Notes: generated by a model not told the origin, from the letters alone. 64,000 nt of DNA from Longimicrobiales bacterium (GCA_965249725.1 CBDFMQ010000002.1:2880001-2944000); one strand, 5' to 3'. Shown: positions 1 to 10,805, numbered from the stretch's first letter. Numbers and translations are program-made.

Positions 1-2446
1 TGCGGATCACACCGGAGCGATCGGCGCCAAGGGCAATCCGAATGCCGAGCTCCGATGTGCGGCGGGCTACGCTGAAGCTCACGACGGCGTAGATCCCCAG
101 CCCGGCGAGGAACAGTGCCAGGGCCGAAAAGGCGCCCATGGCCCTAGCCGCCATGCGTGGCGTGGACAGGGTCGCTCCCAAGTGGGTCGTAAGAGTCCCT
201 TGGTCGCTCACCGCCACGGAAGGCAGGGCACGGCCGATCTCCTGGCGCATGGAGGCGATCAACGAAGCCGGATCAGCCTCGGTCCGGGTGATCACATAGC
301 TCGGGGGAAAAGACATCTGACGCGTACCGAAGTAGAACAGCGGCTGCGGGGTCTCTCCCAGGCTGGAGACCGGGACGTCGCCCACCACCCCGATGACCGT
401 GCGGCCCCATTCCTCGGAACCCTGACCGCGCATGCGCCGCCCGAGCGGATCACCGTCCCCCCAGAAGCGGCGTGCTGCGGCCTCACTCACGAGGATCGAC
501 GTCCCACCCTCCGGCGTGTCGCTGTCATCGAAGAGACGGCCAGCCAAGAGAGGCACTCCCATCGCCTCGAAGTAGCCGTCCGACACCATGGCGAACGGCA
601 GTTCCAATGCGCTGGTGCCGGCGGAGGGTGTGTAGCCCTCGACTTCGGTGGTCGTACTCCCCGAGCGCTGAGCCGGGAGACGGGAGACGAGCGCGGCCTC
701 CGTGACACCCGGGAGCGCAGCCATCCGGGCCCGCAGATCGACCAACGCGGCCCGTACTTGCTCTCCACCCTCGAGCCCCGCCCGTTGCCAATCCATGCGC
801 AAATAGGCCACGCGATCGACGTCCACTCCGGGATCCACGCTCTGTAGCTCCGTGAGGCTGCGGGCCAGTAGGCCTGTGCCCAGCACCAGAATGAGCGACG
901 CGGCTACTTGGACCGAAACCAGTAGGCTTCGGAGCCGGTTCGCCCCTCGGTCGCCCGACGCGCCTCGCCGGTCGTCCCGCAACGTCCTCGCCACGTCGGT
1001 CCTTACCGAACGGATCGCCGGCGCCAGACCGAATAGGACCCCGGTGAAGCCCATCAGGGCCACCGAGAACAGGGCGACCCGTAGATCGACCGACAGCTCG
1101 AGCGTGCCCCCGACGACGGGTGCGAGCGGGAGCGAAGGAATGGCCGCCAAGGCCCAGCGAGTAATGAGCAGACCAACCGCGCCGCCTATCCCGGCGAGCA
1201 GCAGGGACTCGAGGAGGAACAGCCGAGCCACGCGACCAGCCGGGGCCCCAAGGGCGGATCGCACCGCGGTCTCGCCGGAACGGCTGAGCCCCCGTACCAG
1301 AAGCAGGTTGGCGAGGTTCGCACACGCGAGCAGGAGGACGGTGAGCACCACCGCCGACAGGAGACCGCCCGCCATGCGCACGTTCCCGTCACCTTGTGGG
1401 TGGACCCGTACGTCCTTGGACGCGAATACCGTGATCCCCCGCCCTCGGTTGTACTCCGGGTAGTCTTCAGCCAACCGCGCCGCGAGCGCGTCCATCGCGG
1501 ACTGGGCTTGAGGGACCGTACCGCCTGGCGCGAGGCGCGCGAGCACTTGGTACCAGTGGTCCGAACGCCGCTCCAGGTTGGACACTTGGAAGTCGCCACT
1601 GATCATCGTCGCGGAAATCGACAGCCAGAAGTCGGTCAGCAGCGGCGAGACGGTGCCGGTGAGACCCTCCGGACCAACGCCGATGATGGTGACCGGTTGC
1701 TCGTTGAGGCGGATCGTCCGGCCGATGATGTCAGGGTCGCTCGCCAATCGGGCATGCCAGGTGGCCGCGCTCACCACGGCGACGGGAGCACTCCCCGGCA
1801 CATCGTGCTCGCGTCCGAACCAACGCCCTCGCAGTGGCGTGAGCCCCAGCACTTCCAAGTAACTCGATGTCGTGTACTCGGTCGCTACGGGCTCCGTCCC
1901 ATCGGGGCCCTCCCATACGGCCGAGGAGGACGTCGTGGCGGTTACCGCCGCAAACGCCCCGGACTCGGCCATATCGAGGGTGGCCGGGAACGACGTCGAG
2001 CTCGGCTCTCCGTCATCCGAGTCCTGATAGACATGGACGACCTCTTCGGGATTGTCCCAGACAGGCGGACGGAAAAGAAGCGCGTCCACCACTGTGAAGA
2101 CCGTAGTGGTGGCTCCAACCCCGATAGCCAGGAGAGCGACAGCTCCCAACGTGAAGACCGGAGACCTGAGCAGTCGGCGTGCGGCGTAACGAACGTCCTG
2201 AAGCAGCGTGTCCAAAAGAACCCCCTCTTGTTTGTCCCGGCGGCGTAACGGCCACGCCGTCGCCCCAGCATCCACAATGGTCCGCCACCAGAGGCCGACC
2301 CGTCCCCAACTCCCCGTCGTCCGCTCGAGGCGAGCGCTGAACAGGAGCGTCATCTCTTCCCCGTGGGCCTCACGGAACCAGGGGGGATACAGCAACAGCA
2401 GCGCCCGGAAGGCGCGCTGATGCAGACCTTCGTCGTGATGGGTCAC
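1..2446 (-). CDS. ADOP-type duplicated orphan ABC permease (MacB_PCD/FtsX x2); 3' end runs off the window
   Basis: Not in the ORF track because it has no stop in the window. Manual translation from GTG 2446 (GTGA overlap with padR stop): MTHHDEGLHQRAFRALLLLYPPWFREAHGEEM...LLQDVRYAARRLLRSPVFT...LLLACANLANLLLVRG...GIYAVVSFSVARRTSELGIRIALGA. Confidence 0.92.
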   Translation of the reverse strand, partial: MTHHDEGLHQRAFRALLLLYPPWFREAHGEEMTLLFSARLERTTGSWGRVGLWWRTIVDAGATAWPLRRRDKQEGVLLDTLLQDVRYAARRLLRSPVFTLGAVALLAIGVGATTTVFTVVDALLFRPPVWDNPEEVVHVYQDSDDGEPSSTSFPATLDMAESGAFAAVTATTSSSAVWEGPDGTEPVATEYTTSSYLEVLGLTPLRGRWFGREHDVPGSAPVAVVSAATWHARLASDPDIIGRTIRLNEQPVTIIGVGPEGLTGTVSPLLTDFWLSISATMISGDFQVSNLERRSDHWYQVLARLAPGGTVPQAQSAMDALAARLAEDYPEYNRGRGITVFASKDVRVHPQGDGNVRMAGGLLSAVVLTVLLLACANLANLLLVRGLSRSGETAVRSALGAPAGRVARLFLLESLLLAGIGGAVGLLITRWALAAIPSLPLAPVVGGTLELSVDLRVALFSVALMGFTGVLFGLAPAIRSVRTDVARTLRDDRRGASGDRGANRLRSLLVSVQVAASLILVLGTGLLARSLTELQSVDPGVDVDRVAYLRMDWQRAGLEGGEQVRAALVDLRARMAALPGVTEAALVSRLPAQRSGSTTTEVEGYTPSAGTSALELPFAMVSDGYFEAMGVPLLAGRLFDDSDTPEGGTSILVSEAAARRFWGDGDPLGRRMRGQGSEEWGRTVIGVVGDVPVSSLGETPQPLFYFGTRQMSFPPSYVITRTEADPASLIASMRQEIGRALPSVAVSDQGTLTTHLGATLSTPRMAARAMGAFSALALFLAGLGIYAVVSFSVARRTSELGIRIALGADRSGVIR

Positions 2447-2793
2447 GCGGGCTTCCGCAAAGCGCCCATCGCGGTGGCGGCCTCTACCAGGCGGCGGAGT
2501 CGGGCCGTCTCCTTAGCGAGCAGATCCTTCCCGTCTCGGGTGATCTGGTAGTGCTTCCGTCTCGGATCCGCGTCCGCAGAAGGCGCTGGTACCGCGCAGA
2601 TCAGGCCCGCCTCTACCATCTCCGCCAGGGAGCGATACAACGTTCCCGGTCCCAACTCGAGCACGCCGTCCGACGCCCGTTCGATCTCGTCGGCTATCCC
2701 CAGCCCATGCGAATCGCCCTCGAGGAGCGCCAGCAGGATGTGGTAGACGGGCGGACGTAGCGGAATGGTGCGTGGATCGGGTGAACGTGCCAC
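2443..2793 (-). CDS. PadR-family transcriptional regulator
   Basis: HILLALLEGDSHGLGI...LGPGTLYRSL...DPRRKHYQITRDGK; translationally coupled to the downstream permease. Confidence 0.93.
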   Translation of the reverse strand: MARSPDPRTIPLRPPVYHILLALLEGDSHGLGIADEIERASDGVLELGPGTLYRSLAEMVEAGLICAVPAPSADADPRRKHYQITRDGKDLLAKETARLRRLVEAATAMGALRKPA

Positions 2794-2815
2794 AGATGCC
2801 TCCTCTGGGTTTATA

Positions 2816-2845
2816 TATCCAAGCTAGATATATCTAAGTTGGATA
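2816..2845. promoter_or_regulatory. Putative PadR operator (30-bp imperfect palindrome) overlapping the padR promoter
   Basis: TATCCAAGCTAGATA|TATCTAAGTTGGATA, 13/15 pairs; minus-strand TTGACG at 2855-2850 directly upstream. Confidence 0.7.
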
Positions 2846-2888
2846 CTTTCGTCAACCGAACTTCACCGAACCAGGACCTTGTTCACTC

Positions 2889-2923
2889 TTGCCTGATATT
2901 TAAGTGACTGCTAAAATGTTTAC
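2889..2923 (+). promoter_or_regulatory. Sigma70-type promoter for a leaderless arsR transcript, with overlapping inverted repeat
   Basis: TTGCCT-17bp-TAAAAT-6bp-ATG(2924); imperfect IR ATATTTAAG-N6-CTAAAATGT at 2896-2919. Confidence 0.6.
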
Positions 2924-3268
2924 ATGAGCGAAACACCTGCCACCACCGCGGAGTCCATCCGGACCGCCCTGGAGCCTCGCCGGCTTCAGATCCTCGAGCT
3001 GATCTGGGACCGCGAGCTGAGTGTGAATGAGATCGCGTCCGGCCTGCCCGTGAGTGTGGCCGCGGTGTCTCAGCATTTGTCCAAGCTGCGGGCGGCCAGA
3101 TTGGTGGCTGTTCGAGCTGAGGGCAGAAAGCGCTTCTACCGCGCCACCAAGGCCGACATGGGAGCCCTGGCCGTGGTCTTGGAGTCGTTCTGGACGGACA
3201 AGATGAGTGCGCTCAAGCGGCTCGCAGAGAGGCTCGAACAAGGATCTGAAGCTCCCAATACACTCTGA
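2924..3268 (+). CDS. ArsR/SmtB-family transcriptional regulator
   Basis: ALEPRRLQILELIWDRELSVNEIA...AVSQHLSKLRAARLV...EGRKRFY. Confidence 0.92.
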   Translation: MSETPATTAESIRTALEPRRLQILELIWDRELSVNEIASGLPVSVAAVSQHLSKLRAARLVAVRAEGRKRFYRATKADMGALAVVLESFWTDKMSALKRLAERLEQGSEAPNTL

Positions 3269-3286
3269 CGAACAAGCACTGAAAGG

Positions 3287-4087
3287 ATGCCACACGTGGA
3301 AGACACGACCCCTCCCGCCATGGTCGACTTGTCGCGAGAAATCGAGGCGAGCGCCGAGACCGTATGGAACATCCTCACCACGCCGAAGCTGTTCTCGGAA
3401 TGGCTCGACGGGAACGTGGAGTTCGAGGGTCAGATCGGGAGCCCGTTCCGAGCCGAGTTTCCCAACTTCCAGATCGTGATCGCGGGAAGCGTGGTTCACT
3501 TGGATCCCGAAACGCGTCACCTCGGTGTCACCTGGGGCATGGAAACAGGTCCACAGTCCGACGTATTTCCGGCCGGCTGCTCCCTGGTCGAATTCCATGT
3601 GCGCGACACCGATCTGGGATGCCGGGTCGAGTTGACCCACTCGCAGCTGCCGTCCGAGGCGGCCGCCCGCGAACAGGAGGGGGGCTGGACGTTCCACCTC
3701 AGTCGAATGGCGGTCTACGCGAACCGCTCCGACCTGGGTGTGGGGCTCGAACGCACGTTGGACGAGTGGTTCTCCGCCTGGAACGAGCCGGACGACAGCA
3801 AACGGATGGAGGCGCTAAGGGCGTGCTGTTCCGACGACGTGATCTTCCGGGACGATTGGGCCGTGGCAAATGGGATCGACCTCCTGAGCCTGCACATTGC
3901 GAACTGCTTCAGGTTCATGCCCGGTTGGAGACTGGAAGCCACGGGAGACGTCAGGATCTGTCGCGGTGAGGCGCTCGTGGGATGGCGTAGCATCGGCCCA
4001 GGGGGCGCCCCACTCGAGGGGTTCAATCACGTTCGCGCCTCCCGAGACGGCACCCTGCGACGGGTGACGGGCTTCCAGGCCGTCTGA
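3287..4087 (+). CDS. SRPBCC/AHSA1 domain plus C-terminal SnoaL-like domain protein
   Basis: LSREIEASAETVWNILT...VELTHSQL...GGWTFHL; C-terminal WFSAWNEPD...CSDDVIFRD...RVTGF; usual ArsR-SRPBCC pairing. Confidence 0.8.
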   Translation: MPHVEDTTPPAMVDLSREIEASAETVWNILTTPKLFSEWLDGNVEFEGQIGSPFRAEFPNFQIVIAGSVVHLDPETRHLGVTWGMETGPQSDVFPAGCSLVEFHVRDTDLGCRVELTHSQLPSEAAAREQEGGWTFHLSRMAVYANRSDLGVGLERTLDEWFSAWNEPDDSKRMEALRACCSDDVIFRDDWAVANGIDLLSLHIANCFRFMPGWRLEATGDVRICRGEALVGWRSIGPGGAPLEGFNHVRASRDGTLRRVTGFQAV

Positions 4088-4172
4088 AGCCCCGGTAGCC
4101 AAGACGGCGAACCCTGGTAGCCATGGCGGCAAAGCCGGTTGACACCCGCATCCATTCGCGGATCGTTCGTCC

Positions 4173-6038
4173 ATGTCTCTCGTCACATGCTCGCGGCTTC
4201 AGATCGCCTTCGGCGGCCTGCGCCTCCTGGACGACGCCGACCTCCAGATCGAACGCGGGGAGCGTATCGGCTTTCTGGGCCGCAATGGTGAGGGCAAGTC
4301 CACGCTCCTGAAGATCATCATGGGCATGGTGCCACCCGATTCAGGGGAGGTGATCCGCGACTCGGCGACGCGGGTCTCCTTGGTCCAACAGCAGATCCCC
4401 GAGGGAATCGCCGGAAGCGCTCTCGATGTGATCCGATCGGGCTCTCGCCAAGAGACCGACGGGAACACCGATGACGGGGCCCACGAGGAGACGGTCGGGT
4501 CCCACCACGCCGAGCGGCTGTGTTCGATTCTCCACCTCGATCCCGATCTCCCCTTCTCGTCCCTCTCCGGTGGACAGAAGCGTCGGGCGCTCCTCGGGAA
4601 GGCGCTCGAGTGCGAGCCCGACGTGCTCCTTCTGGACGAGCCCACCAATCATCTGGACCTGGATCACATCGACCAGCTCGAACAGATCCTCATCCGCTTT
4701 CACGGAAGTGTCCTGTTCATCACCCATGACCGGACATTCCTCCAGCGCCTCGCCACACGCATCGTAGAACTGGATCGGGGCCGTCTGACGTCGTGGGAGT
4801 GCGACTATCCCACCTTCCTTCGTCGGAGAGACGAGCTGCTCGCCAACGAAGAGAAGGAGTGGGCGCTCCAAGATCAAAAGCTGGCCAAGGAGGAAGTCTG
4901 GATTCGTCGCGGCATCAAGGCTCGCCGCACACGTAACGAAGGACGCGTGCGAGCGCTTGAGGCGCTCCGACGGAACCGCGAGGATCGGCGTAGCCGGGTC
5001 GGCCAGGTGCAGCTCAGGGTGCAGGGGGGAGGCCGCACGAGCGCCAAGATCGTCGAGGCCAAGCAGGTCACGTTCGGATACGGTTCGGGCGACGGTTCAG
5101 ACGCCGGAGAGTCCTCCGCAGGTGCGGTCGTACGCGATCTCACCTCCACGATCTATCGTGGCGACAAGGTCGGCATCATCGGGCCCAACGGATCCGGCAA
5201 AACCACCCTGCTCAATCTCCTGCTCGGCCAGCTCGACCCCCAAGAAGGCGTGGTAAAGCACGGTGGTCGGCTGGAGATCGCCTACTTCGATCAGCACCGG
5301 GACCAACTCGACGCGGACTCGACCGTAGCCGACGCCGTCACGGGGGGGAACGAATACATCGGCGTCGGGGACGAGCGAAAGCACGTCTACGGGTATCTCC
5401 AGGATTTTCTTTTCTCCGCCGAGACGGCTCGACAACCCGTCGGGAGCCTGTCCGGTGGTGAGCGGAACCGCCTTCTGCTCGCAAAGCTGTTCGCTCAGCC
5501 CGCCAACGTATTGGTCCTCGACGAGCCCACCAACGACCTCGACACCGACACGCTCGAGTTGCTCGAAGCCCGTCTGGTGGCCTTCGCCGGCACCGTGCTG
5601 GTCGTGAGTCATGACCGGGCGTTTCTCGACAACCTCTGCACCAGCACGCTCGTATTCGAGGGACGAGGCACGTTCAAGGAATACGTGGGCGGCTACTCGG
5701 ACTGGCAGAGGACGATCGCGGGCAGGGCACCCGCTGGCGCAAAGGGACGCGGGTCGAAAAGGAAGACCAAACCGAAGGGTCCTGTAGCCAAGCCGAAGCT
5801 GAACGACGGCCGGCCGAAGAAGCTGAGCTTCAAGGAGAGGCAGGAGTGGACAGCGATTCCGGGCCAGATCGAGGACCTGGAACAGGAGCTACTCGAACTT
5901 CAAGCGCGCATTGCCGATCCAGTCTTCTTCAAGGGAGACCCGGAGGAGATCCGAGCCGTGAGCCAGCGAGTGACCGCAATCCCTCAGGAGATCGATACGG
6001 CGTTCGAGCGGTGGGGCACCCTGGACGAGCGGGCGTGA
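4173..6038 (+). CDS. uup: ABC-F family ATPase Uup
   Basis: Two ABC domains (GRNGEGKST, LSGGQ, LLDEPTNHLD; GPNGSGKTT, LSGGERNR), linker EEVWIRRGIKARRTRNEGRVRAL, C-terminal KKLSFKE coiled coil. Confidence 0.93.
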   Translation: MSLVTCSRLQIAFGGLRLLDDADLQIERGERIGFLGRNGEGKSTLLKIIMGMVPPDSGEVIRDSATRVSLVQQQIPEGIAGSALDVIRSGSRQETDGNTDDGAHEETVGSHHAERLCSILHLDPDLPFSSLSGGQKRRALLGKALECEPDVLLLDEPTNHLDLDHIDQLEQILIRFHGSVLFITHDRTFLQRLATRIVELDRGRLTSWECDYPTFLRRRDELLANEEKEWALQDQKLAKEEVWIRRGIKARRTRNEGRVRALEALRRNREDRRSRVGQVQLRVQGGGRTSAKIVEAKQVTFGYGSGDGSDAGESSAGAVVRDLTSTIYRGDKVGIIGPNGSGKTTLLNLLLGQLDPQEGVVKHGGRLEIAYFDQHRDQLDADSTVADAVTGGNEYIGVGDERKHVYGYLQDFLFSAETARQPVGSLSGGERNRLLLAKLFAQPANVLVLDEPTNDLDTDTLELLEARLVAFAGTVLVVSHDRAFLDNLCTSTLVFEGRGTFKEYVGGYSDWQRTIAGRAPAGAKGRGSKRKTKPKGPVAKPKLNDGRPKKLSFKERQEWTAIPGQIEDLEQELLELQARIADPVFFKGDPEEIRAVSQRVTAIPQEIDTAFERWGTLDERA

Positions 6039-6072
6039 TCCGGATCCGAGAGGGTTTCCAAGAGCGAGGCCT

Positions 6073-6264
6073 GTGAACGAGGCGGCCTGGGTGTCGTGCC
6101 CCTATTGCGGTGAGTCCATCGAGCATCTGGTCGATGCGATGGGTGGCGCGAGCCAGGAATATGTGGAGGACTGCGAGGTCTGTTGCAGACCCTGGCTCGT
6201 GCGAGTCACGATCGACGGCGATGGGAACGCTGCCGTCTCGGTGAACACGCAGGATGAGAGTTAG
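6073..6264 (+). CDS. CPXCG-motif cysteine-rich protein
   Basis: CPYCGE...QEYVEDCEVCCRPW. Confidence 0.88.
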   Translation: MNEAAWVSCPYCGESIEHLVDAMGGASQEYVEDCEVCCRPWLVRVTIDGDGNAAVSVNTQDES

Positions 6265-6270
6265 CAGACC

Positions 6271-8355
6271 TTAGTCCGGCAACGCGAACGCCACGAAAGT
6301 CCCACCACTCGGCGCGCCGTTCTTGCCACCCCCTGATGCGATCACGATGTACTGCTTGCCGTTCACCATGTAGGTGGACGGCGTGGCGTTCCCCGCGGCC
6401 GGGAGCTCCGCCTCCCATAGCAGGGCACCGGTGAGCTTGTCGAATGCACGGATCCGATTGTCGTACGTAGTGGCGGCGATGATCAGCAGACCGTTCTGAG
6501 TGACGATCCCGCCCCCGTAATTGTCCGTCCCGGTATCGGTGATCCCCGCCGCCGCGAGCTCAGGATACTCACCGAAGGGGATCGACCAACGGATATCGCC
6601 TTCGTTGAGATCGATGGCGTTGAGTGTGCCCCACGGCGTCTTCACGCCCGGGTATCCCTCGTGATCGAGGAAGATGTCGAAGAGCGCCGTGCGGTAGGGG
6701 AGGTCGAAGGGTGTGGTGCCGACCTTGGCCGCCGAGGCGTCGACGCCGGTCTCCAGGTAGTCGACGATGTAGTTGATCGACCTCCCGTTCAGCACCGCGG
6801 CGAAGGCCGGCATGAGCCCGGTCCCTTCGCGGATCTGCGCGACGACTTCGGCTCGGGACAGCCGATCGAGCACACCCTCCAGCGAAACGCCGTTCCCCGT
6901 TCCCTTCCGGTCCCCACCGTGACAGCTCGCGCAGTTGGCCGCATAGAGCGACTCGTCGCTCGACGGGACGATCTTGAGCAGCCACCCCATCTCGTTGGAG
7001 TTCACGTACAACAGACCGGTCTCTGGATCGAAGGCCGGGCCGCCCCACTCCCCACCGCCGTCCACGCCCGGGTAGATGATCATTCCGCTCGTGTCGGGCG
7101 GCGAGAACGGATCCGCGGTGCTGTATGCGTTGAACGTCTCCAGTGCGGACGCATGGGCCTCCGGCGTGCGCTGGGTCAGATCGTCCGCGGTCAGGCTCTG
7201 CCGCGCGATGGGGGGCGGCAGAAGCGGGAACGGCTGGGTCTCCGAAGGGCGTTCGCCTTCGAGCCCCCCTCCTGGCATCGGACGCTCCTCGATCGGAAAG
7301 AGGGGCGTGCCGTCCTCGCGCTCGAATAGGTAGACGTGGCCGGTCTTGGTGACCTGTGCTACCGCGTCGACCGGTTGGCCGTCTCGGGTGACGGACACGA
7401 GGGCCGGAGCGGTCGGGAAGTCACGGTCCCAGATGTCGTGGTGCAGCCCCTGGAAGTGCCATATCCGCTCTCCTGTACGCGCATCCAGCGCGAGCACGGT
7501 GTTGGCGAACAGGTTGTCGCCCACCCGGTTGGCGCCGTAGAAGTCGTACGATGCCGACCCTGTAGCCGCGAACACCATCCCGCGCTCTTGGTCGACGGTG
7601 ACACCGCTCCACGCGTTGGCACCCCCGGCGATCTGCCACGCCCCCTCGGGCCACGTGTCGTACCCGAACTCGCCGGGGTGCGGGATCGTGTGGAAGCTCC
7701 AGCGGAGCTCGCCGGTCTCCACGTCGTAGGCCCTGATATCGCCCGGTGCGCTGGGCAGGGACTCGGGTACCCGGCTGCCGGTGATGTAGAGATCCTGGAA
7801 CACCACTCCCGGCGTGCTCGCGCCTACCGATAGCCCCTCGACAGGCCGCCCCAAGCCCTCCCGCAGATCGATCCAACCTCCGTCACCGAAGGTGGCGATG
7901 GGCGCTCCCGTGGTACGGTCCAAGGCGTACAGCCGGGTTCGGTAGCTGAAGATGACCCGGTCGCCGGTGACGGTGACACCCCGGTGGCGTTGGCGGGGCC
8001 CAGGCGGCCCACCGTCGACCGGATCGAAGCGCCACAGCTCCGTGCCCGTGGCGGCATCGAGCGCCACCACCTGAACCTTGGGCGTCGTAGCATAGAGCAC
8101 GCCGTCGATGACGATCGGGTTCGCCTGCATCTCAGAGCCCTGAAACGCGTCACCCGTGTCGAACGTCCACGCCACCTCGAGCTGGGCCACGTTGGCCGGC
8201 GAGATCTGATCGAGCGTCGTGTAGTGGGTGTTGTCCGAGTTGCCGCCGTAGACCGCCCAGTCGTTCGGGTCGGCGGACGGCCCGCCGTCGGCACAGGCGG
8301 TAACCGCAGCGAGGAAAAGCAAGGCCGGGCGGGGCGGACGAGGGCAGAGGGGCAT
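6271..8355 (-). CDS. PQQ-dependent glucose/quinate-type dehydrogenase lipoprotein with internal c-type cytochrome domain
   Basis: Lipobox VTAC; PQQ repeats ([28 protein letters not shown]); CASCH haem motif; start set at ATG 8355 ahead of the signal peptide. Confidence 0.88.
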   Translation of the reverse strand: MPLCPRPPRPALLFLAAVTACADGGPSADPNDWAVYGGNSDNTHYTTLDQISPANVAQLEVAWTFDTGDAFQGSEMQANPIVIDGVLYATTPKVQVVALDAATGTELWRFDPVDGGPPGPRQRHRGVTVTGDRVIFSYRTRLYALDRTTGAPIATFGDGGWIDLREGLGRPVEGLSVGASTPGVVFQDLYITGSRVPESLPSAPGDIRAYDVETGELRWSFHTIPHPGEFGYDTWPEGAWQIAGGANAWSGVTVDQERGMVFAATGSASYDFYGANRVGDNLFANTVLALDARTGERIWHFQGLHHDIWDRDFPTAPALVSVTRDGQPVDAVAQVTKTGHVYLFEREDGTPLFPIEERPMPGGGLEGERPSETQPFPLLPPPIARQSLTADDLTQRTPEAHASALETFNAYSTADPFSPPDTSGMIIYPGVDGGGEWGGPAFDPETGLLYVNSNEMGWLLKIVPSSDESLYAANCASCHGGDRKGTGNGVSLEGVLDRLSRAEVVAQIREGTGLMPAFAAVLNGRSINYIVDYLETGVDASAAKVGTTPFDLPYRTALFDIFLDHEGYPGVKTPWGTLNAIDLNEGDIRWSIPFGEYPELAAAGITDTGTDNYGGGIVTQNGLLIIAATTYDNRIRAFDKLTGALLWEAELPAAGNATPSTYMVNGKQYIVIASGGGKNGAPSGGTFVAFALPD

Positions 8356-8468
8356 GGGCGGCTCTGGTGGGCTACCGCGAAGTCCGGCGACAGCTGACGA
8401 AACGGAGTCGGACGCTACAGCGTACCCCTGCGGCCTGTGGCCCGGCAAGGGATCTTCGGTCGATCAGG

Positions 8469-10805
8469 TTAGTTCTCCAGCCCCAGTTGCCGAATGAGGC
8501 GCCGGAAGCGCGGCTCGTCCCGCAGGTCGTCGAAGATTGGATCGACGCTCAGGTACGGAATGTTCCCGTCGTGTGCCTCGTAGGCCAGCTCCAGGTAGTC
8601 GAGAGCCAACTCCGTATCTCCCGCCCGCGTGTACAGAGTCCCGATCTGCCAGGGTGCGACGAACACCGTGTCCGAACGGGCCACCAGCGTCTCGGCCATT
8701 CCGCGAAGCGCCCCCGAGTAGCCCCCTACCTGATAACCGCGTTCGAGTGCCTCGAGCTTCTCGGGATCACGGGCATTCGAATCTCTCCACACATCGAGGG
8801 CCTCCTCGTGCCGGCCCATCATGTGGTAGGTCGTCCGGCGCGTGGAGAGCGCCATGCCGTAATCCGGCGACCGAGACAACACCTCGTTGAGCACATCTAA
8901 GGCCGCCTGGTACTCGTGGCGGTAGTTGAGCCCCATGGCGTAGAAGGTGGTGATTCGCGGGTTGAATGGGTCCTGCTGGACGGCGAGCTCGATCTGAGCG
9001 GCTGCTTCTTCATCACGGCCGATATATTGAAGCAGATGAGAGAAGGACGATCGCGCCCGAGCGTTCATCGGGTCGGCCTCGAGCGCCCGACGGAAGGTCG
9101 GCTCCGCCGCCGTCCAGTCCCATTTACCCCAGGTCCGTTCCGAAGCGAGCCTGTGTTGAACCTCCGCAAGCGTGGAGTCGATCGCCATCGCACGCGCGAA
9201 GGCCTCCCCTCCTTGGGCCTCGGCCTCGGAGGCGGACACGAACCCGAACTGCGCGCGAGACCCCCACACTCCGGAGATTCCGGCAAGCGCTACAGCGTTG
9301 TTCGGGTCCCGTGAGAGAGCCAGTTCATAGTAGTCGAGCGCAAGTGACAGGCTTTCCTCAGAGAGCTGGCTCCGATGGAAACGGCCCTTCCAGAGCGCCT
9401 CCTGGACCTCGGGGCTGACTTGAGGAGCAGTGGCCAGGGCGGCCTCCGACTCAGGACTCATCTCGATTGCGGCGCCATCCGCGATCGCGCGTGTCACTTC
9501 TCCGTAAACCGCCAGCACATCTCGCACTTCTGCTGCAAAAGAGTCGAACCAGACGATCTCGTTGGTGATTCCATCCGTCATGCGCAAGTCGAGCGACATG
9601 TGGCCATCGACCAGAGACGCCGATCCCTCGATCACCGCGTCCACACCGAGCTCCCGGGCAATCTCGCTCACGGGCTTATCGCTGTTTCGATACTGAAGCA
9701 CCGAGGTGGGAGTGATGACGCCCAAGCCCGCCCGTGAGAGCTCCTTGATCAGGTCCGCCTGAACACCTTCGAGGAAGAAATCCTGGGCCAGGTCGTTCAC
9801 CGCGTTGGTCAGCGGCAGCACCGCCACCCGCTCCAGGGCCGGCCCGCCGAGCAGCGTCGTTATCCACCAAACCATGGCACCCACACTCGCAACCGCAGGG
9901 ATTCCGACCGCGATTCGTACCCGCCTCGCCCGTTTGCGGCGGCGAGCCTCCGCCGCGATCGCTTCCGCAGTGGCGCCTCGGGTCAGGCCCTCGGCGAGTC
10001 GGCCAGGCGTGTCGAACCGCTCGCCGGGCTCCGTCGCCAGCGCCGTCGCCACCGCGCTGTCGATCGTTGCAGGGATGTCGCTATGGGTGTCCGAGATCCG
10101 GGGCGCCGGCTTGGCGAGCTTCTGTGCCAAGAGAGCTTGCTGACTGGCTCCAGCGAAGGGCGGTTCACCCGTGAGCATCTCGTACACCACGCAGCCCAGC
10201 GAGTAGATGTCAGAGCGGGCGTCGAGCTCGACGTCTCCGGCCGCCTGTTCAGGGCTCATGTACTTGAGCGTGCCCACGGACAGTCCGGTGGCCGTGAGGT
10301 TGCCCACTCCCGCCTCGGTGACCGCCTTCGCGATCCCAAAGTCACTGACCACCGCGTGTCCCGCCTGAAAGAGAATGTTCTCAGGCTTGATGTCGCGGTG
10401 GATCAACCCCGCGGCATGCGCAAAATCGAGCGCGTCCGCCACCTCGGCGGTAATCCGAATCGTCTCCTCCAGGGCCAGACGCCCGCTCTGATCGAGGCGA
10501 CTTCTCAGCGTTTCACCCTCGACGTAGGGCATTACGAAGTATAGAAGCCCGTCGGCGGTCCCGGAGTCGTAGAGAGACAGGATGTTGGGATGCGATAGCC
10601 GCGCGACGATTTCGATCTCTCGGATAAAGCGCTCAGGCCCGAGGCCGGCAACCATGTCGGGCCGGAGGACCTTCAGAGCCACCTTACGGTGATGCCGCAC
10701 ATCATCGGCCAGGTAGACCGTGGCCATTCCACCCTCGCCGAGCTCACGCTCGACTGAGTAACGGCCTTGGAGAGCTTCATTCAGGCGGGAAACCGGATCA
10801 GCCAT
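8469..10805 (-). CDS. Hanks-type Ser/Thr kinase with TM helix, TolB-N-like domain and TPRs
   Basis: LGEGGMATVY, VALK, HRDIKPEN, DFG, YMSPE; RVAVLPLTN; TPRs; DPIFDDLRDEPRF terminus. Confidence 0.93.
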   Translation of the reverse strand: MADPVSRLNEALQGRYSVERELGEGGMATVYLADDVRHHRKVALKVLRPDMVAGLGPERFIREIEIVARLSHPNILSLYDSGTADGLLYFVMPYVEGETLRSRLDQSGRLALEETIRITAEVADALDFAHAAGLIHRDIKPENILFQAGHAVVSDFGIAKAVTEAGVGNLTATGLSVGTLKYMSPEQAAGDVELDARSDIYSLGCVVYEMLTGEPPFAGASQQALLAQKLAKPAPRISDTHSDIPATIDSAVATALATEPGERFDTPGRLAEGLTRGATAEAIAAEARRRKRARRVRIAVGIPAVASVGAMVWWITTLLGGPALERVAVLPLTNAVNDLAQDFFLEGVQADLIKELSRAGLGVITPTSVLQYRNSDKPVSEIARELGVDAVIEGSASLVDGHMSLDLRMTDGITNEIVWFDSFAAEVRDVLAVYGEVTRAIADGAAIEMSPESEAALATAPQVSPEVQEALWKGRFHRSQLSEESLSLALDYYELALSRDPNNAVALAGISGVWGSRAQFGFVSASEAEAQGGEAFARAMAIDSTLAEVQHRLASERTWGKWDWTAAEPTFRRALEADPMNARARSSFSHLLQYIGRDEEAAAQIELAVQQDPFNPRITTFYAMGLNYRHEYQAALDVLNEVLSRSPDYGMALSTRRTTYHMMGRHEEALDVWRDSNARDPEKLEALERGYQVGGYSGALRGMAETLVARSDTVFVAPWQIGTLYTRAGDTELALDYLELAYEAHDGNIPYLSVDPIFDDLRDEPRFRRLIRQLGLEN

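Noticed and set aside
182..2309. Many short ORFs on both strands in the track
   Set aside because: All overlap the real minus-strand permease, which the track missed because it lacks a stop in the window.
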